Part shown: one piece after another, positions 47,383-56,817 of the stretch
Layout of the letters: each line of letters starts with the position of its first letter
Position numbering within the stretch: the stretch's first letter is position 1
From: Ideonella sp.
GTDB lineage: Bacteria > Pseudomonadota > Gammaproteobacteria > Burkholderiales > Burkholderiaceae_C
Length of the DNA stretch: 64,000 bases
NCBI GenBank assembly: GCA_031398385.1
Contig: JANNNE010000075.1
Coordinates: forward strand, 13,094-77,093
Direction of reading: 5' to 3'
Translations under genes and position numbers: made by a program
The notes under the pieces: generated by a model
The model's input: only the letters and a program-made list of their open reading frames with translations
Databases searched by the model: none
Told to the model about the DNA's origin: nothing

Positions 47383-48615
47383 TCATCGCAAGGTGACCCG
47401 CGCGAACTTGCGCTTACCGACCTGCAGAACCAGGGTACCGGCGGAAAGCTTCAGGCTCTTGTCACTGACCACACCCCCGTCGATCCGCACCCCACCGCCG
47501 TCGATCAGTCGATTGGCTTCGCTGCTGGACGGTGCCAGCGCGGCTTGCCTGAGCAGAGCAGCAATGCCCATCGGTGCGCCATCGATGGTGATCTCCGTGA
47601 TGTCATCCGGGATGCCGCCGCGCGCGCGCAGCTCGAAGTCCTGTGCCGCGGCATCGGTCGCGGCCGCATCGTGAAATCGGGTTGTGATTTCCCGGGCCAG
47701 CTCGATCTTGACCTCCTTCGGATTCCGGCCGTCTTCGATCTGTCGCCGCAGACCATCGACCTCCGCGTCGCTGCGGGTGCTCAGCAATGCGAAATATCGC
47801 CACATCAAGGTGTCACTGATCGACAGCAGCTTGGCGAACATGCTGTTTGCCGCTTCGGTGATGCCGATGTAGTTGCCCTTGCTCTTGGACATCTTCTCGA
47901 TCCCGTCGAGCCCCTCGAGCAGCGGCATCGTCAGGATGCACTGCGGCTCCTGGCCATATTCGACCTGCAGCGCGCGGCCGACCAGCAGATTGAATTTCTG
48001 ATCGGTCCCGCCCAGCTCGAGATCGCTTTTCAGGGCCACCGAGTCATAACCCTGCATCAGCGGATAAAGCAGCTCATGGACCGAGATCGGATTGCCCGCC
48101 TTGAAGCGATCGCTGAAATCGTTGCGCTCCATCATCCGCGCCACCGTATACCGGGACGCCAGCTCGATCATGCCGCGGGCACCGAGCTGGTCGCTCCATT
48201 CGGAGTTGTAGCGGATCTCGGTGCGCGCCGGATCGAGCACCAGGCTGGCCTGGCGATAGTAGGTCTGTGCATTGGCCTCGATCTGCTCGCGCGTCAGCGG
48301 CGGACGGGTTGCGTTGCGACCGGACGGGTCACCGATCATCGACGTGAAATCGCCGATCAGGAAGATCACCTGGTGACCGAGGTCCTGCAGCTGACGCATC
48401 TTGTTCAGCACGACGGTGTGGCCGATGTGGATATCGGGTGCGGTCGGATCAAGTCCGAGCTTGATGCGCAACGGCTGCCCGGTGGCCTCGGACCGCGCCA
48501 GCTTCTGCAGCCATTCGTCTTCGGGCAGCAACTCGTCGCAATGCCGCCGCGACGCTTCCAGGGCAGCCCGGCTGCGCTCGGTGATCGGGTAGGAGAACTG
48601 GGTGTTGCCGGTCAT
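47383..48615 (-). CDS. tyrS: Tyrosine--tRNA ligase
   Basis: KLGLDPTAPDIHIGH (HIGH), YPLMQGYDS, GGTDQKFN, KMSKS, S4 domain ending QVGKRKF. Alternative GTG start at 48633. Confidence 0.96.
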   Translation of the reverse strand: MTGNTQFSYPITERSRAALEASRRHCDELLPEDEWLQKLARSEATGQPLRIKLGLDPTAPDIHIGHTVVLNKMRQLQDLGHQVIFLIGDFTSMIGDPSGRNATRPPLTREQIEANAQTYYRQASLVLDPARTEIRYNSEWSDQLGARGMIELASRYTVARMMERNDFSDRFKAGNPISVHELLYPLMQGYDSVALKSDLELGGTDQKFNLLVGRALQVEYGQEPQCILTMPLLEGLDGIEKMSKSKGNYIGITEAANSMFAKLLSISDTLMWRYFALLSTRSDAEVDGLRRQIEDGRNPKEVKIELAREITTRFHDAAATDAAAQDFELRARGGIPDDITEITIDGAPMGIAALLRQAALAPSSSEANRLIDGGGVRIDGGVVSDKSLKLSAGTLVLQVGKRKFARVTLR

Positions 48616-48830
48616 TGTCAAGGGTGAATCCACTTGTAAAGCTGTAGGATTTTTCCTTCGCGCACGAAGGGGTGGCCGATATAATGTTCACTCATTGCAG
48701 CGCCTGCATACGCTGTTGCTGCATCTGGATCGCTTCGGCCCGCTGCAGCTCGGCCTCTGGCGATTCTAGAAGACGGCGCCCCCTGTCACTCGGCATCTTC
48801 CATCGCGATCCAGATGATGGAAGAGCCCCA

Positions 48831-50279
48831 TTGAGCGCACTGCTCCTGCCCGAATTGATTCCGCCAGCAGATACCCTTGACCAGACCATTGCCCGGGCCC
48901 TAAAGCGCTCGGGCACGCTCACCACCTCCTTTATCGGCACCCACTCGCGCAGCATCACCGCAGCGGCGGTCGTTGCGATGGCCGGATTCGCTGCCACCGC
49001 ATTCGGCATCGCGCCGATGGCTCCGGATGCCGCCGATCTGCCCACACAGATCGTCAGCGAGGCGGTTGTACCCAACGACATCGCCAGCCAGCTCGAAGCG
49101 CTGGCTGCCCACAATGTCTCGCTGTACCGCAGCGAGACCACGCGCAGCGGCGATACGGTCGACAGCCTGCTGAAACGGCTGGGCATCGTCGATGCCGATG
49201 CCGCCACATTCCTGCGCGAGGATGCAGTTGCGCGTGAGCTGTTCGTCGGCCGCGCCGGCAAGATGATTCAGGCCAGAACCGATGGCAGCGGTCGGCTCGA
49301 GCAGCTGATCGCCCGATACGCGCCCGACAATTCCGACCTGCTGGGCACCCACTTCAACCGCTTCGAAATGAACCGGGGCGCACGCGCCGATGCGAGCTTC
49401 GTCGCGTCGCTCAAGCTGGCATCACTGCAGGCCCGCCAACGCCTGGGCAGCGGAACGATTCGCCAATCGCTGTTTGCCTCCACCGACGATGCGCGTATTC
49501 CCGACGTGGTCGCCAGCCAGATCGCCGAGATCTTCTCGGCCGATATCGATTTCCGGCAGTTGCGCCGCGGCGACACCTTCTCGGTGTTGTACGAAGCGCT
49601 GCTGGCCGACGATGAACCGATCACCTGGAACCAGGGCGCGGGCAAGGTACTCGCGGCCGAGTTTATCAACGATGGCACGGTCCACAGCGCGGTCTGGTTC
49701 GTTGATCCCGCAGCCACCGGGAGCGCTTTGCGTGGCGCCTACTTCGACATGAACGGCCAGAACAAGCGGCGTTCGTTTCTGGCCAGCCCGCTCGAGTTCT
49801 CCCGTGTCACTTCGGGTTTCTCGATGCGCCTGCATCCGCTCCTGCGCACCTGGCGGCAACACAAGGGGGTCGACTACGGCGCCCCGACCGGCACCGCGGT
49901 TCGCACCGTTGGCGACGGCGTGATCGAATTCTCGGGGCGCCAGGGCGGTTACGGCAATGTCGTCAAGGTTCGCCACAGCAACGATCGCAGCACCGTCTAC
50001 GCCCACCTCAGCCGCATCAATGTGCGCGACGGCCAGCGTGTCGAGCAAGGCGACGTGATCGGCGCAGTGGGGTCCACCGGCTGGGCAACCGGACCTCACC
50101 TGCACTTCGAATTCATCGTCAAGGGCGATCACATCGACCCGATGGTCGTCGCGCGTTCGTCCGAAACCAACGAGGTCACCGCCCGCTCACGCGCCGCTTT
50201 CGGCCGCCTGGCGCTCGATATCCGCAGCCAGCTCGACATGGCCCAGGCTGCGTCGAGACAGGCCGAGTACGCCGAGTGA
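48831..50279 (+). CDS. M23 family peptidoglycan DD-endopeptidase (MepM-like)
   Basis: N-terminal TM, HKGVDY (HxxxD), GYGNVV, YAHLS, TGPHLHFE (HxH). Start is uncertain; TATAAT at 48680-48685. Confidence 0.9.
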   Translation: MSALLLPELIPPADTLDQTIARALKRSGTLTTSFIGTHSRSITAAAVVAMAGFAATAFGIAPMAPDAADLPTQIVSEAVVPNDIASQLEALAAHNVSLYRSETTRSGDTVDSLLKRLGIVDADAATFLREDAVARELFVGRAGKMIQARTDGSGRLEQLIARYAPDNSDLLGTHFNRFEMNRGARADASFVASLKLASLQARQRLGSGTIRQSLFASTDDARIPDVVASQIAEIFSADIDFRQLRRGDTFSVLYEALLADDEPITWNQGAGKVLAAEFINDGTVHSAVWFVDPAATGSALRGAYFDMNGQNKRRSFLASPLEFSRVTSGFSMRLHPLLRTWRQHKGVDYGAPTGTAVRTVGDGVIEFSGRQGGYGNVVKVRHSNDRSTVYAHLSRINVRDGQRVEQGDVIGAVGSTGWATGPHLHFEFIVKGDHIDPMVVARSSETNEVTARSRAAFGRLALDIRSQLDMAQAASRQAEYAE

Positions 50280-50382
50280 TCGCCGCCCGCCGGGCCGCCG
50301 CGTCGTCGGACCGGCTACGCTGGTCGGCTTCGGCGGCCTGACAGAGCCCTGCACCACCCGACACCGAGCAGGACCTGAGTCG

Positions 50383-51513
50383 ATGTCCGGGCTTTATATC
50401 GGTCTGATGTCGGGCACCTCGCTCGACGGCCTGGACGGCGTGCTGGTCGACCTGGACGCCTTCGATCAAGGCCGGATCGAGGTGCTGGGCCATGCACACC
50501 GCGCCTTCGAGCCCGCCTTTGCAAGCGAACTGCTGGCGCTCAATTCATCAGGTCCCGACGAACTGCACCGCGCAGCGCTGGCAGCCAACCTTTTGGCACG
50601 CGTCGGCGCGCAAGTTGTGGCCCGACTGCTGGACTCGTCCGGGCAGTCGGCCAGCCGGATTCGTGCCATCGGCAGCCACGGGCAGACCGTGCGTCACTGC
50701 CCCGGCGAATTCGACGGCATCGGCTATACAAGCCAGTTGAACAACCCCGCGCTGCTGGCCGAATTGACCGGTATCGATGTGGTCGCCGATTTCCGATCAC
50801 GCGATGTGGCGGCTGGCGGACAGGGTGCGCCGTTGGTGCCGGCCTTCCATCGCGCGATGTTCAGCTCCAACACCGGCACGGTGGCCGCGCTCAATCTCGG
50901 CGGCATGAGCAACCTGACCATTCTGCGCCGCAACGCTGAAACCATCGGCTTCGACTGCGGACCTGGCAACGCGTTGATGGACCTGTGGAGCAGCCGTCAT
51001 CTCGGGCAGGCTTTCGACGTCGACGGACGGTGGGCGGCAGGCGGGCAAGTCGATGCCCAGCTATTGACCCAATTTCAAGCCGAGCCGTTCTTCGCCGCCG
51101 ATCCTCCCAAGAGCACCGGCCGGGACCGGTTCAATCCGATCTGGCTCGATCGCGAAATCGGCACCCGCGGCGGCGCGATGGCGGTCGACCCGCGCGACGT
51201 GCAGGCGACGCTGGCCGAGCTGACTGCCTGGGCCTGCGCACGCGATCTGCTGCGCCATGCGCCGGAGGCCGAACGCCTGATCGTCTGCGGCGGCGGGGCG
51301 TTAAATTCGCACCTGATGCAACGGCTGTCGATGTTGCTGCCCGGTATCCCGATAGCGGCCAGCGACAGTGCCGGCCTGCCGGCCAACCAGGTCGAATCGG
51401 TGGCCTTCGCCTGGCTGGCCAGGGCCTGCATCCAGCGTCAGCCAGGCAACCTGCCTGCGGTGACCGGCGCGGCCGGTCCGAGAGTTCTCGGCAGCATCTA
51501 CCCCGGGAGCTGA
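50383..51513 (+). CDS. anmK: Anhydro-N-acetylmuramic acid kinase
   Basis: IGLMSGTSLDGLD, SHGQTVRH, DFRSRDVAAGGQGAPLVP, FDCGPGN, KSTGRDRF, CGGG. Confidence 0.95.
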   Translation: MSGLYIGLMSGTSLDGLDGVLVDLDAFDQGRIEVLGHAHRAFEPAFASELLALNSSGPDELHRAALAANLLARVGAQVVARLLDSSGQSASRIRAIGSHGQTVRHCPGEFDGIGYTSQLNNPALLAELTGIDVVADFRSRDVAAGGQGAPLVPAFHRAMFSSNTGTVAALNLGGMSNLTILRRNAETIGFDCGPGNALMDLWSSRHLGQAFDVDGRWAAGGQVDAQLLTQFQAEPFFAADPPKSTGRDRFNPIWLDREIGTRGGAMAVDPRDVQATLAELTAWACARDLLRHAPEAERLIVCGGGALNSHLMQRLSMLLPGIPIAASDSAGLPANQVESVAFAWLARACIQRQPGNLPAVTGAAGPRVLGSIYPGS

Positions 51514-51553
51514 CAAGCCCCGATGATGCCGGCATGGCCGGTGAGCAGTCATC

Positions 51554-51575
51554 AAAAAGCCGCCCGAGGGCGGCT
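51554..51575 (-). terminator. Rho-independent terminator downstream of erpA
   Basis: Minus strand AGCCGCC-CTCG-GGCGGCT then TTTT. Confidence 0.75.
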
Positions 51576-51598
51576 CGCGATCTGGACGGGAAGATCGG

Positions 51599-51979
51599 TC
51601 AGACAGTGAAGCTCGAGCCGCAACCACAGGTGGTGGTTGCATTCGGATTCTTGATCACGAATTGCGCGCCCTGCAGGTCGTCCTTGTAGTCGATCTCGGC
51701 GCCGGCCAGATACTGCAGGCTCATCGCGTCGATCAACAGTGTGACGCCGTTCTTGTTCATCTGCGTATCGTCTTCGTTGACGATTTCATCGAACGTGAAA
51801 CCATACTGGAATCCCGAGCAACCCCCACCCTGCACGAAAACGCGCAGCTTGAGTTCCGGGTTGCCTTCCTCGTCGACCAGTTCCTTCACTTTCGATGCCG
51901 CACTGTCGGTAAAGACCAAGGGCACCGGCGGTGCATCGGCTTCGACGCCTGGCTGAACTTGTTCTGCTACGGCACTCAT
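51599..51979 (-). CDS. erpA: Fe-S cluster insertion protein ErpA
   Basis: [31 protein letters not shown]. Confidence 0.95.
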   Translation of the reverse strand: MSAVAEQVQPGVEADAPPVPLVFTDSAASKVKELVDEEGNPELKLRVFVQGGGCSGFQYGFTFDEIVNEDDTQMNKNGVTLLIDAMSLQYLAGAEIDYKDDLQGAQFVIKNPNATTTCGCGSSFTV

Positions 51980-52013
51980 GGGGCACTCCTTCGGAAACTG
52001 GTCACAACAGCAA

Positions 52014-52421
52014 TTATCCTTGATTCGACGTGGCCAGCTTCAGGGGGGGTTTCTCTTCCTCCTGGGCGTCGCCTCGCAGCGGCCTCAACTCGCCATCGAT
52101 CTCCGCGCCCTGGTGCATCTCCAGACGTTCATATTTGACATCGCCGCTGATCACAGCCTTGGGCTGCAGCTCGAGCAGTTCGGTGGAGGTCAGCGGCCCG
52201 GTCACCGAGCCGTTGACGATGACATGGCCCGCATGCACCGTGCCTTCGACCCGCGCTTTCTCGCTGATGACGAGAATGTTCCGTCCGCCGCCGATCGCCA
52301 CCACGTCGCCGATCACCTGCCCGTCGATTCGCAGACCATCGCTGAAATGCAGTTCACCGCGGATCACGGTCCCTTCGCCGATCAGGGTTCGAATCGGGGC
52401 TTGCTGTTTTTTCCCGAACAT
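52014..52421 (-). CDS. Bactofilin (polymer-forming cytoskeletal protein)
   Basis: [27 protein letters not shown] beta-helix repeats. ATG 52421 with AGGAGG RBS. Confidence 0.9.
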   Translation of the reverse strand: MFGKKQQAPIRTLIGEGTVIRGELHFSDGLRIDGQVIGDVVAIGGGRNILVISEKARVEGTVHAGHVIVNGSVTGPLTSTELLELQPKAVISGDVKYERLEMHQGAEIDGELRPLRGDAQEEEKPPLKLATSNQG

Positions 52422-52483
52422 GACGGGCCTCCTCTTGGTGAGTGGGCGCGAGCCGGCGGTCATGCTGCTTGGGCAATTGCGAC

Positions 52484-53197
52484 TCAGAGCGCTGCAGACT
52501 GGGAGGCCTTCAGCGCTCCCGCGTGATCAGTCAGTTTGACCTGAACTGTTTTTACCACGGCATCCGGAGGCAGATCGATATTGCCCTCGATGCGTGCATA
52601 TTGTTTCAACTGGAAGGCCTGGGGCCCGCCAGGTACCGGGTAGACCCAGGGTTTGCCATCCCGGCTGCCCATCAGGGTGAATGCATATTTACCGTTGAAG
52701 TCGGGGCGCCCCTTGGCGCCGGTCTGCATCACCAGCAGCTGGAAACGCAGCTGACCGTTGTCCTGCATCTGAACCTGCAATCCCCGGATACTGGGGCCGT
52801 CTTCCAGTCCTGCCGGCAACAGGCGCTCGAAAAAGCCGAGATCGGCTTTGAGTGCCAGGTTTTCGGCTTCGATCTGCCGCACCTGCTGCGCCAGGCGATC
52901 AAGCGCCGATTTTTCCGCGGTCAGCAGGCTTTCGGCCGTATTCGCCACCGATACCGCCTGTTCACGATCGGCCTTCAGCTGCTCGACTTCGCCGCGCAGG
53001 CGGCTGAGCTCCAGCTTGGCGTCACGATCCAGGCCGGCAATGCTCTTGCCGAACTCGAAGGCCCACAACGCCAGCGCCGCAGAAAATCCGAATACCAGCG
53101 CCGCCAGCACCCAGCGCAAGGGCCACGGCATGTGGCTTCGCACGATCATCCGAGGTGAACTGATCGACAAGCGCCGACGGAGCAGTTTCAGTCGCAT
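52484..53197 (-). CDS. Conserved membrane-anchored coiled-coil protein (DUF6776-like)
   Basis: MRLKLLRRRLSIS..RMIVRSHMPWPLRW, TM, coiled coil ending LKADLGFFERL, C-terminal beta domain. Lies upstream of the bactofilin. Confidence 0.8.
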   Translation of the reverse strand: MRLKLLRRRLSISSPRMIVRSHMPWPLRWVLAALVFGFSAALALWAFEFGKSIAGLDRDAKLELSRLRGEVEQLKADREQAVSVANTAESLLTAEKSALDRLAQQVRQIEAENLALKADLGFFERLLPAGLEDGPSIRGLQVQMQDNGQLRFQLLVMQTGAKGRPDFNGKYAFTLMGSRDGKPWVYPVPGGPQAFQLKQYARIEGNIDLPPDAVVKTVQVKLTDHAGALKASQSAAL

Positions 53198-53416
53198 GGC
53201 CAGGCTCCGCCTAGGTAAGGCCTCCGAAGCGGCTTCGGCTGTGACGCGGGCACGGCGGTCGCCGCCGGCATGGCTCTTCGCCATCTGTCAAATCCCCGAC
53301 CCGCAGGCATCCGCGCAGCCAACACGATGCGCGAGCGGACCGGCAGGGCCGGCACCGCCTCAGCACCGTGATCGGTCGTTTTCAGATTGTGTGGTCGCAA
53401 AAGAGGACATCAAACG

Positions 53417-53440
53417 AAAAAAGCCGCACAAAGGCGGCTT
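53417..53440 (-). terminator. Rho-independent terminator of rplM-rpsI
   Basis: Minus strand AAGCCGC-CTTTGT-GCGGCTT then TTTT. Confidence 0.8.
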
Positions 53441-53519
53441 CGGAGCTGAGGCAGTCGGTCGATTCCGATCTGCGATCCAGCGGCGTTGCAGCGGCCGCAA
53501 GGGCCGCCGCAATGGCCGA

Positions 53520-53912
53520 TCAGCGCTTGCTGAACTGCTTTCTGCGACGTGCGCCGTGCAGGCCCACCTTCTTGCGCTCGACCTCGCGGGCGTCGCGCGT
53601 GACAAAACCGGCGCGGCTCAGATCCGGCTTCAAGGCCGCATCGTAATCGATCAGCGCACGGGTGATGCCATGACGCACCGCGCCGGCCTGGCCGGACTCG
53701 CCGCCGCCGTGCACGTTGACCTTGATATCGAAGGCCGCATCATTGGCGGTCAGTACCAGCGGTTGGCGAACCACCATGATCGACGTCTGCCGACCAAAAT
53801 ATTCGTCGACCGCACGGCCGTTGACCACGATCTGGCCAGAGCCCTTCTTGATGAACACGCGGGCCACAGACGATTTGCGGCGGCCGGTGCCGTAATTCCA
53901 GTTTCCGATCAT
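53520..53912 (-). CDS. rpsI: 30S ribosomal protein S9
   Basis: [34 protein letters not shown]...QFSKR. Confidence 0.98.
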   Translation of the reverse strand: MIGNWNYGTGRRKSSVARVFIKKGSGQIVVNGRAVDEYFGRQTSIMVVRQPLVLTANDAAFDIKVNVHGGGESGQAGAVRHGITRALIDYDAALKPDLSRAGFVTRDAREVERKKVGLHGARRRKQFSKR

Positions 53913-53921
53913 CAACGTTCC

Positions 53922-54350
53922 TCAGATCTCGAGCATCTTGGGTTGCTGGGCGGTGTGCGGATGGTCGGCACCTGCATACACCTTCAGCTTTTTCACCATC
54001 GCGTAGCCCAGCGGGCCCTTCGGCAACATGCCTTTGACGGCCTTCTCGAGCGCTCGCCCGGGATGTTTGGCCTGCATGTCCTTGAAGTTCGTAGCCCGAA
54101 TCCCGCCCGGGTAACCGGTGTGGCGGTAATAGATCTTGTCGGTGGCCTTGTTGCCGGTGACACGGATCTTTTCGGCGTTGACGACGACGATGAAATCGCC
54201 GGTATCGACGTGAGGCGTGTAGATGGCTTTGTGTTTTCCGCGCAAACGGAGGGCGACTTCACTGGCCACCCTGCCGAGAACCTTGTCGGTCGCGTCGATC
54301 ACAAACCACTCATGCACCACTTCGGCCGGTTTGGCGCTGAAGGTTTTCAT
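53922..54350 (-). CDS. rplM: 50S ribosomal protein L13
   Basis: [42 protein letters not shown]. Confidence 0.98.
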   Translation of the reverse strand: MKTFSAKPAEVVHEWFVIDATDKVLGRVASEVALRLRGKHKAIYTPHVDTGDFIVVVNAEKIRVTGNKATDKIYYRHTGYPGGIRATNFKDMQAKHPGRALEKAVKGMLPKGPLGYAMVKKLKVYAGADHPHTAQQPKMLEI

Positions 54351-54582
54351 TTGAGTGTATATCCGAGGTAAATGCTCTGTCGACCGGGCACCCGACCCCG
54401 CCCACTGAACGACCCTCGGAACCGCTTCGGAAGACTGGCGGCCTCTCGAGTCGTGGGCGGTAATCCGACGCTTTTCAGTTCAACCGATACGACCAGTTGT
54501 CAGGCAAACATGCGGATCCGGGTGACCAGACTTCGGCGCAAGGCGCCGTTTCCTGATAGAGCTGAGTTCAAGAAAGCCTGCG

Positions 54583-54611
54583 ATCGTATCACGCCGGCCA
54601 ACTTTGGTCCA
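54583..54611 (-). promoter_or_regulatory. Putative sigma70 promoter of rplM-rpsI
   Basis: Minus strand TGGACC-N17-TACGAT. Confidence 0.5.
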
Positions 54612-54718
54612 GTTCGTGACGGGCGCTAAGGACACGCGTCTATTTGCGGGCCTGTTTCGGCAAGCAAAAGGCATCATATTCAACGATACTAGGGTTTACC
54701 CGAGAAAAGGAGCGATCC

Positions 54719-55492
54719 ATGTCCACTCTCGACATACAAGACGTCACGCCGACACCGGTTGGCAACGACTCTGATTCAACCCAAACGACGCCGCCCGGCC
54801 AACTGCGGGCCTCCAGCACGACGCCCGGCCCTACTGCTCCGGATGCGAAGCCCGTGCGCGGGTCGACGGCCTGGGTACCGGTCCGGTCGATGACACCGCG
54901 GCATCGGCCGCGCATTTTGAAGCACCTGCTGGCACTCGATCAGGCCGACCGTTACCTGCGTTTCGGCTATCCGGCGACTGACGCGCAGATCGCGAAGTAT
55001 GTCGACACGCTCGATTTCGATCGGGACGAACTGTTCGGCATCTTCAATCGCAAGCTCGAGCTGCTGGCACTGGCTCATCTGGCCTATTCGCCACTGCCTC
55101 AGGTCGATGACCGGCCGCCGATGGCCGAATTCGGGGTGTCGGTGATGCCGAAGGCCAGACGCCGTCGGTTCGGCGCGCGATTGTTCGAGAACGCGATCCT
55201 GCATGCCCGCAACCGCGGTTTCGAAACCCTGTTCATCCATGCGCTGAGCGAAAACACGCCGATGCTGAAAATCGCGCGCAATGCCGGCGCGCAGGTGGTC
55301 CGGGACGGGTCGGAATCGGAGGCCTGGCTGAAGCTGCCACCCGAGACGGTGGCGAGTCGCCTGGACGAAGTGGTTGAACATCGCGCCGCCGAAATCGACT
55401 ACCAGTGGAAACTGGGCGCGAAACGGTTTCAGCAAGCGTTGGATGTGCTGGCGCCGCCGTTCTGCAGCGAAGACAAGCCAGGCGGCGAGTGA
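54719..55492 (+). CDS. GNAT family N-acetyltransferase
   Basis: DRYLRFG, AEFGVSV..KARRRRFGARL (acetyl-CoA motif A), ALSENTPMLKIA. ATG 54719 with AGGAG RBS. Confidence 0.88.
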   Translation: MSTLDIQDVTPTPVGNDSDSTQTTPPGQLRASSTTPGPTAPDAKPVRGSTAWVPVRSMTPRHRPRILKHLLALDQADRYLRFGYPATDAQIAKYVDTLDFDRDELFGIFNRKLELLALAHLAYSPLPQVDDRPPMAEFGVSVMPKARRRRFGARLFENAILHARNRGFETLFIHALSENTPMLKIARNAGAQVVRDGSESEAWLKLPPETVASRLDEVVEHRAAEIDYQWKLGAKRFQQALDVLAPPFCSEDKPGGE

Positions 55493-55540
55493 CCGGCCGG
55501 CCGGTCTGATCGATTGCATCGGGCCGCGTTACGATGACGC

Positions 55541-56635
55541 GTGAACCCATCCGAATCAGCCGCTCCGTCTCACCTTTCACCGGCAGCCAGTGCCCCGCCG
55601 CCCTTCACCGGACTGACACCCGACACGGTTCTGGACGCCCTCGACAGCGTCGGGCTGCGCGGTGATGGTCGGCTGATCCAGCTCAATTCCTACGAAAACC
55701 GGGTGTTCCAGGTTTTTCTGGAGGACAGCCGGGTCGTGGTGGCGAAGTTCTATCGCCCTGCCCGCTGGAGCGACCAGCAGATTCTGGAAGAGCATGCCTT
55801 TGCCGCCGATTTGATGGCAGACGAATGCCCGGTGGTGGCGCCGTGGTCCTTGCAACTCCAGCCCGATGCCCCACTGCAGGGCCGAGTGTGCGGCGACTCG
55901 ACGACCCTCGAAGGCGGCAGCACGCTGGTCGAGGTGGTCACAGCCGGCGGACCGTACCGATTCGCCGTCGTGGAACGCCGCGCCGGGCGTGCACCCGAAC
56001 TCGAGTCATCGGCCAATCTGGCGTGGATCGGCCGGCTGCTCGGCCGCATCCACCGGGTGGGCGCGCGGCGGCCGTTCGTCGAGCGAACCAGCTTGAGTGT
56101 CGATTTGATGGGCCGCGCTTCGCGCGACTGGCTCGAGCAATCGGGCATGGTGCCGCCGGACGCGTTGCCCGGCTGGTTGTCCGCCGTCGATCAGGTCCTC
56201 GACCTTGCTCGACAGGCGTTCGACCACGCTTCGCCGCTCGTGACGCTGCGGCTGCACGGCGACTGTCATGCCGGCAATATCCTGTGGACCGACGCCGGCC
56301 CGCATTTCGTCGATCTCGACGATTGCCTGACCGGCCCGGCGATTCAGGATTTGTGGATGCTGCTGTCTGGTGAACCCCAGGCGGCGCGGCGCGAGCTGAA
56401 CGCCATGCTCTCCGGCTACGAGCAGTTCATGGAATTCGACGACCGCGAACTGGCCCTGATCGAACCGCTCCGCAGCCTGCGCATGGTGCACCACAGCGCC
56501 TGGCTGGCCAGACGCTGGGACGACCCGGCCTTCAAGGCCGGATTTCCATGGTTCGAGCAGTCGAGCTACTGGGCTCAGCGGACCATCGAATTGCGCGAAC
56601 AGGCTGAATTGATGGGCCGCCCCGGCGCCTGCTGA
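55541..56635 (+). CDS. srkA: Stress response Ser/Thr kinase SrkA (RdoA/YihE)
   Basis: LNSYENRVFQ, KFYRPARWS, LHGDCHAGN, FVDLDD, AIQDLWM, AFKAGFPWF. Confidence 0.92.
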   Translation: MNPSESAAPSHLSPAASAPPPFTGLTPDTVLDALDSVGLRGDGRLIQLNSYENRVFQVFLEDSRVVVAKFYRPARWSDQQILEEHAFAADLMADECPVVAPWSLQLQPDAPLQGRVCGDSTTLEGGSTLVEVVTAGGPYRFAVVERRAGRAPELESSANLAWIGRLLGRIHRVGARRPFVERTSLSVDLMGRASRDWLEQSGMVPPDALPGWLSAVDQVLDLARQAFDHASPLVTLRLHGDCHAGNILWTDAGPHFVDLDDCLTGPAIQDLWMLLSGEPQAARRELNAMLSGYEQFMEFDDRELALIEPLRSLRMVHHSAWLARRWDDPAFKAGFPWFEQSSYWAQRTIELREQAELMGRPGAC

Positions 56636-56666
56636 ACGCGCCCCGGCTGGGCGCCTGTTTGCGCCC

Positions 56667-56764
56667 GAGCGGCTGCAGCCGCGATTCACAAATGCCTCCT
56701 CAGCTGCGATCTGCTAGGGGCAGCTTTGGCCACACCTCGGTAGGAACGGCTTCAGCCGCGATTC
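56667..56764. repeat. Cluster of degenerate GTAG-type REP-like units between srkA and htpG
   Basis: GAGCGGCTGCAGCCGCGATTC, CTCAGCTGCGATC, CTAGGGGCAGCTTTGGCCAC and GTAGGAACGGCTTCAGCCGCGATTC in direct orientation. Confidence 0.6.
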
Positions 56765-56817
56765 CTCGCCACCCATTGCGCACCGCCTCTTCCGGCGGAT
56801 CTGATCGCACCGTCGCA

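Noticed and set aside
48672-48830. Cys-rich N-terminal extension of the M23 ORF (MADIMFTHCSACIRCCC...)
   Set aside because: It overlaps the TATAAT promoter element and the tyrS divergent region, so it is most likely an untranslated leader read in frame by chance.
54644-55492. GNAT as the toxin of a GNAT-RHH toxin-antitoxin pair
   Set aside because: There is no upstream antitoxin ORF; the region upstream is the rplM promoter and leader.
56667-56764. Tandem repeats as a mini CRISPR array
   Set aside because: Units are short, degenerate and irregularly spaced with no spacers of uniform length and no cas genes. They fit REP relics.
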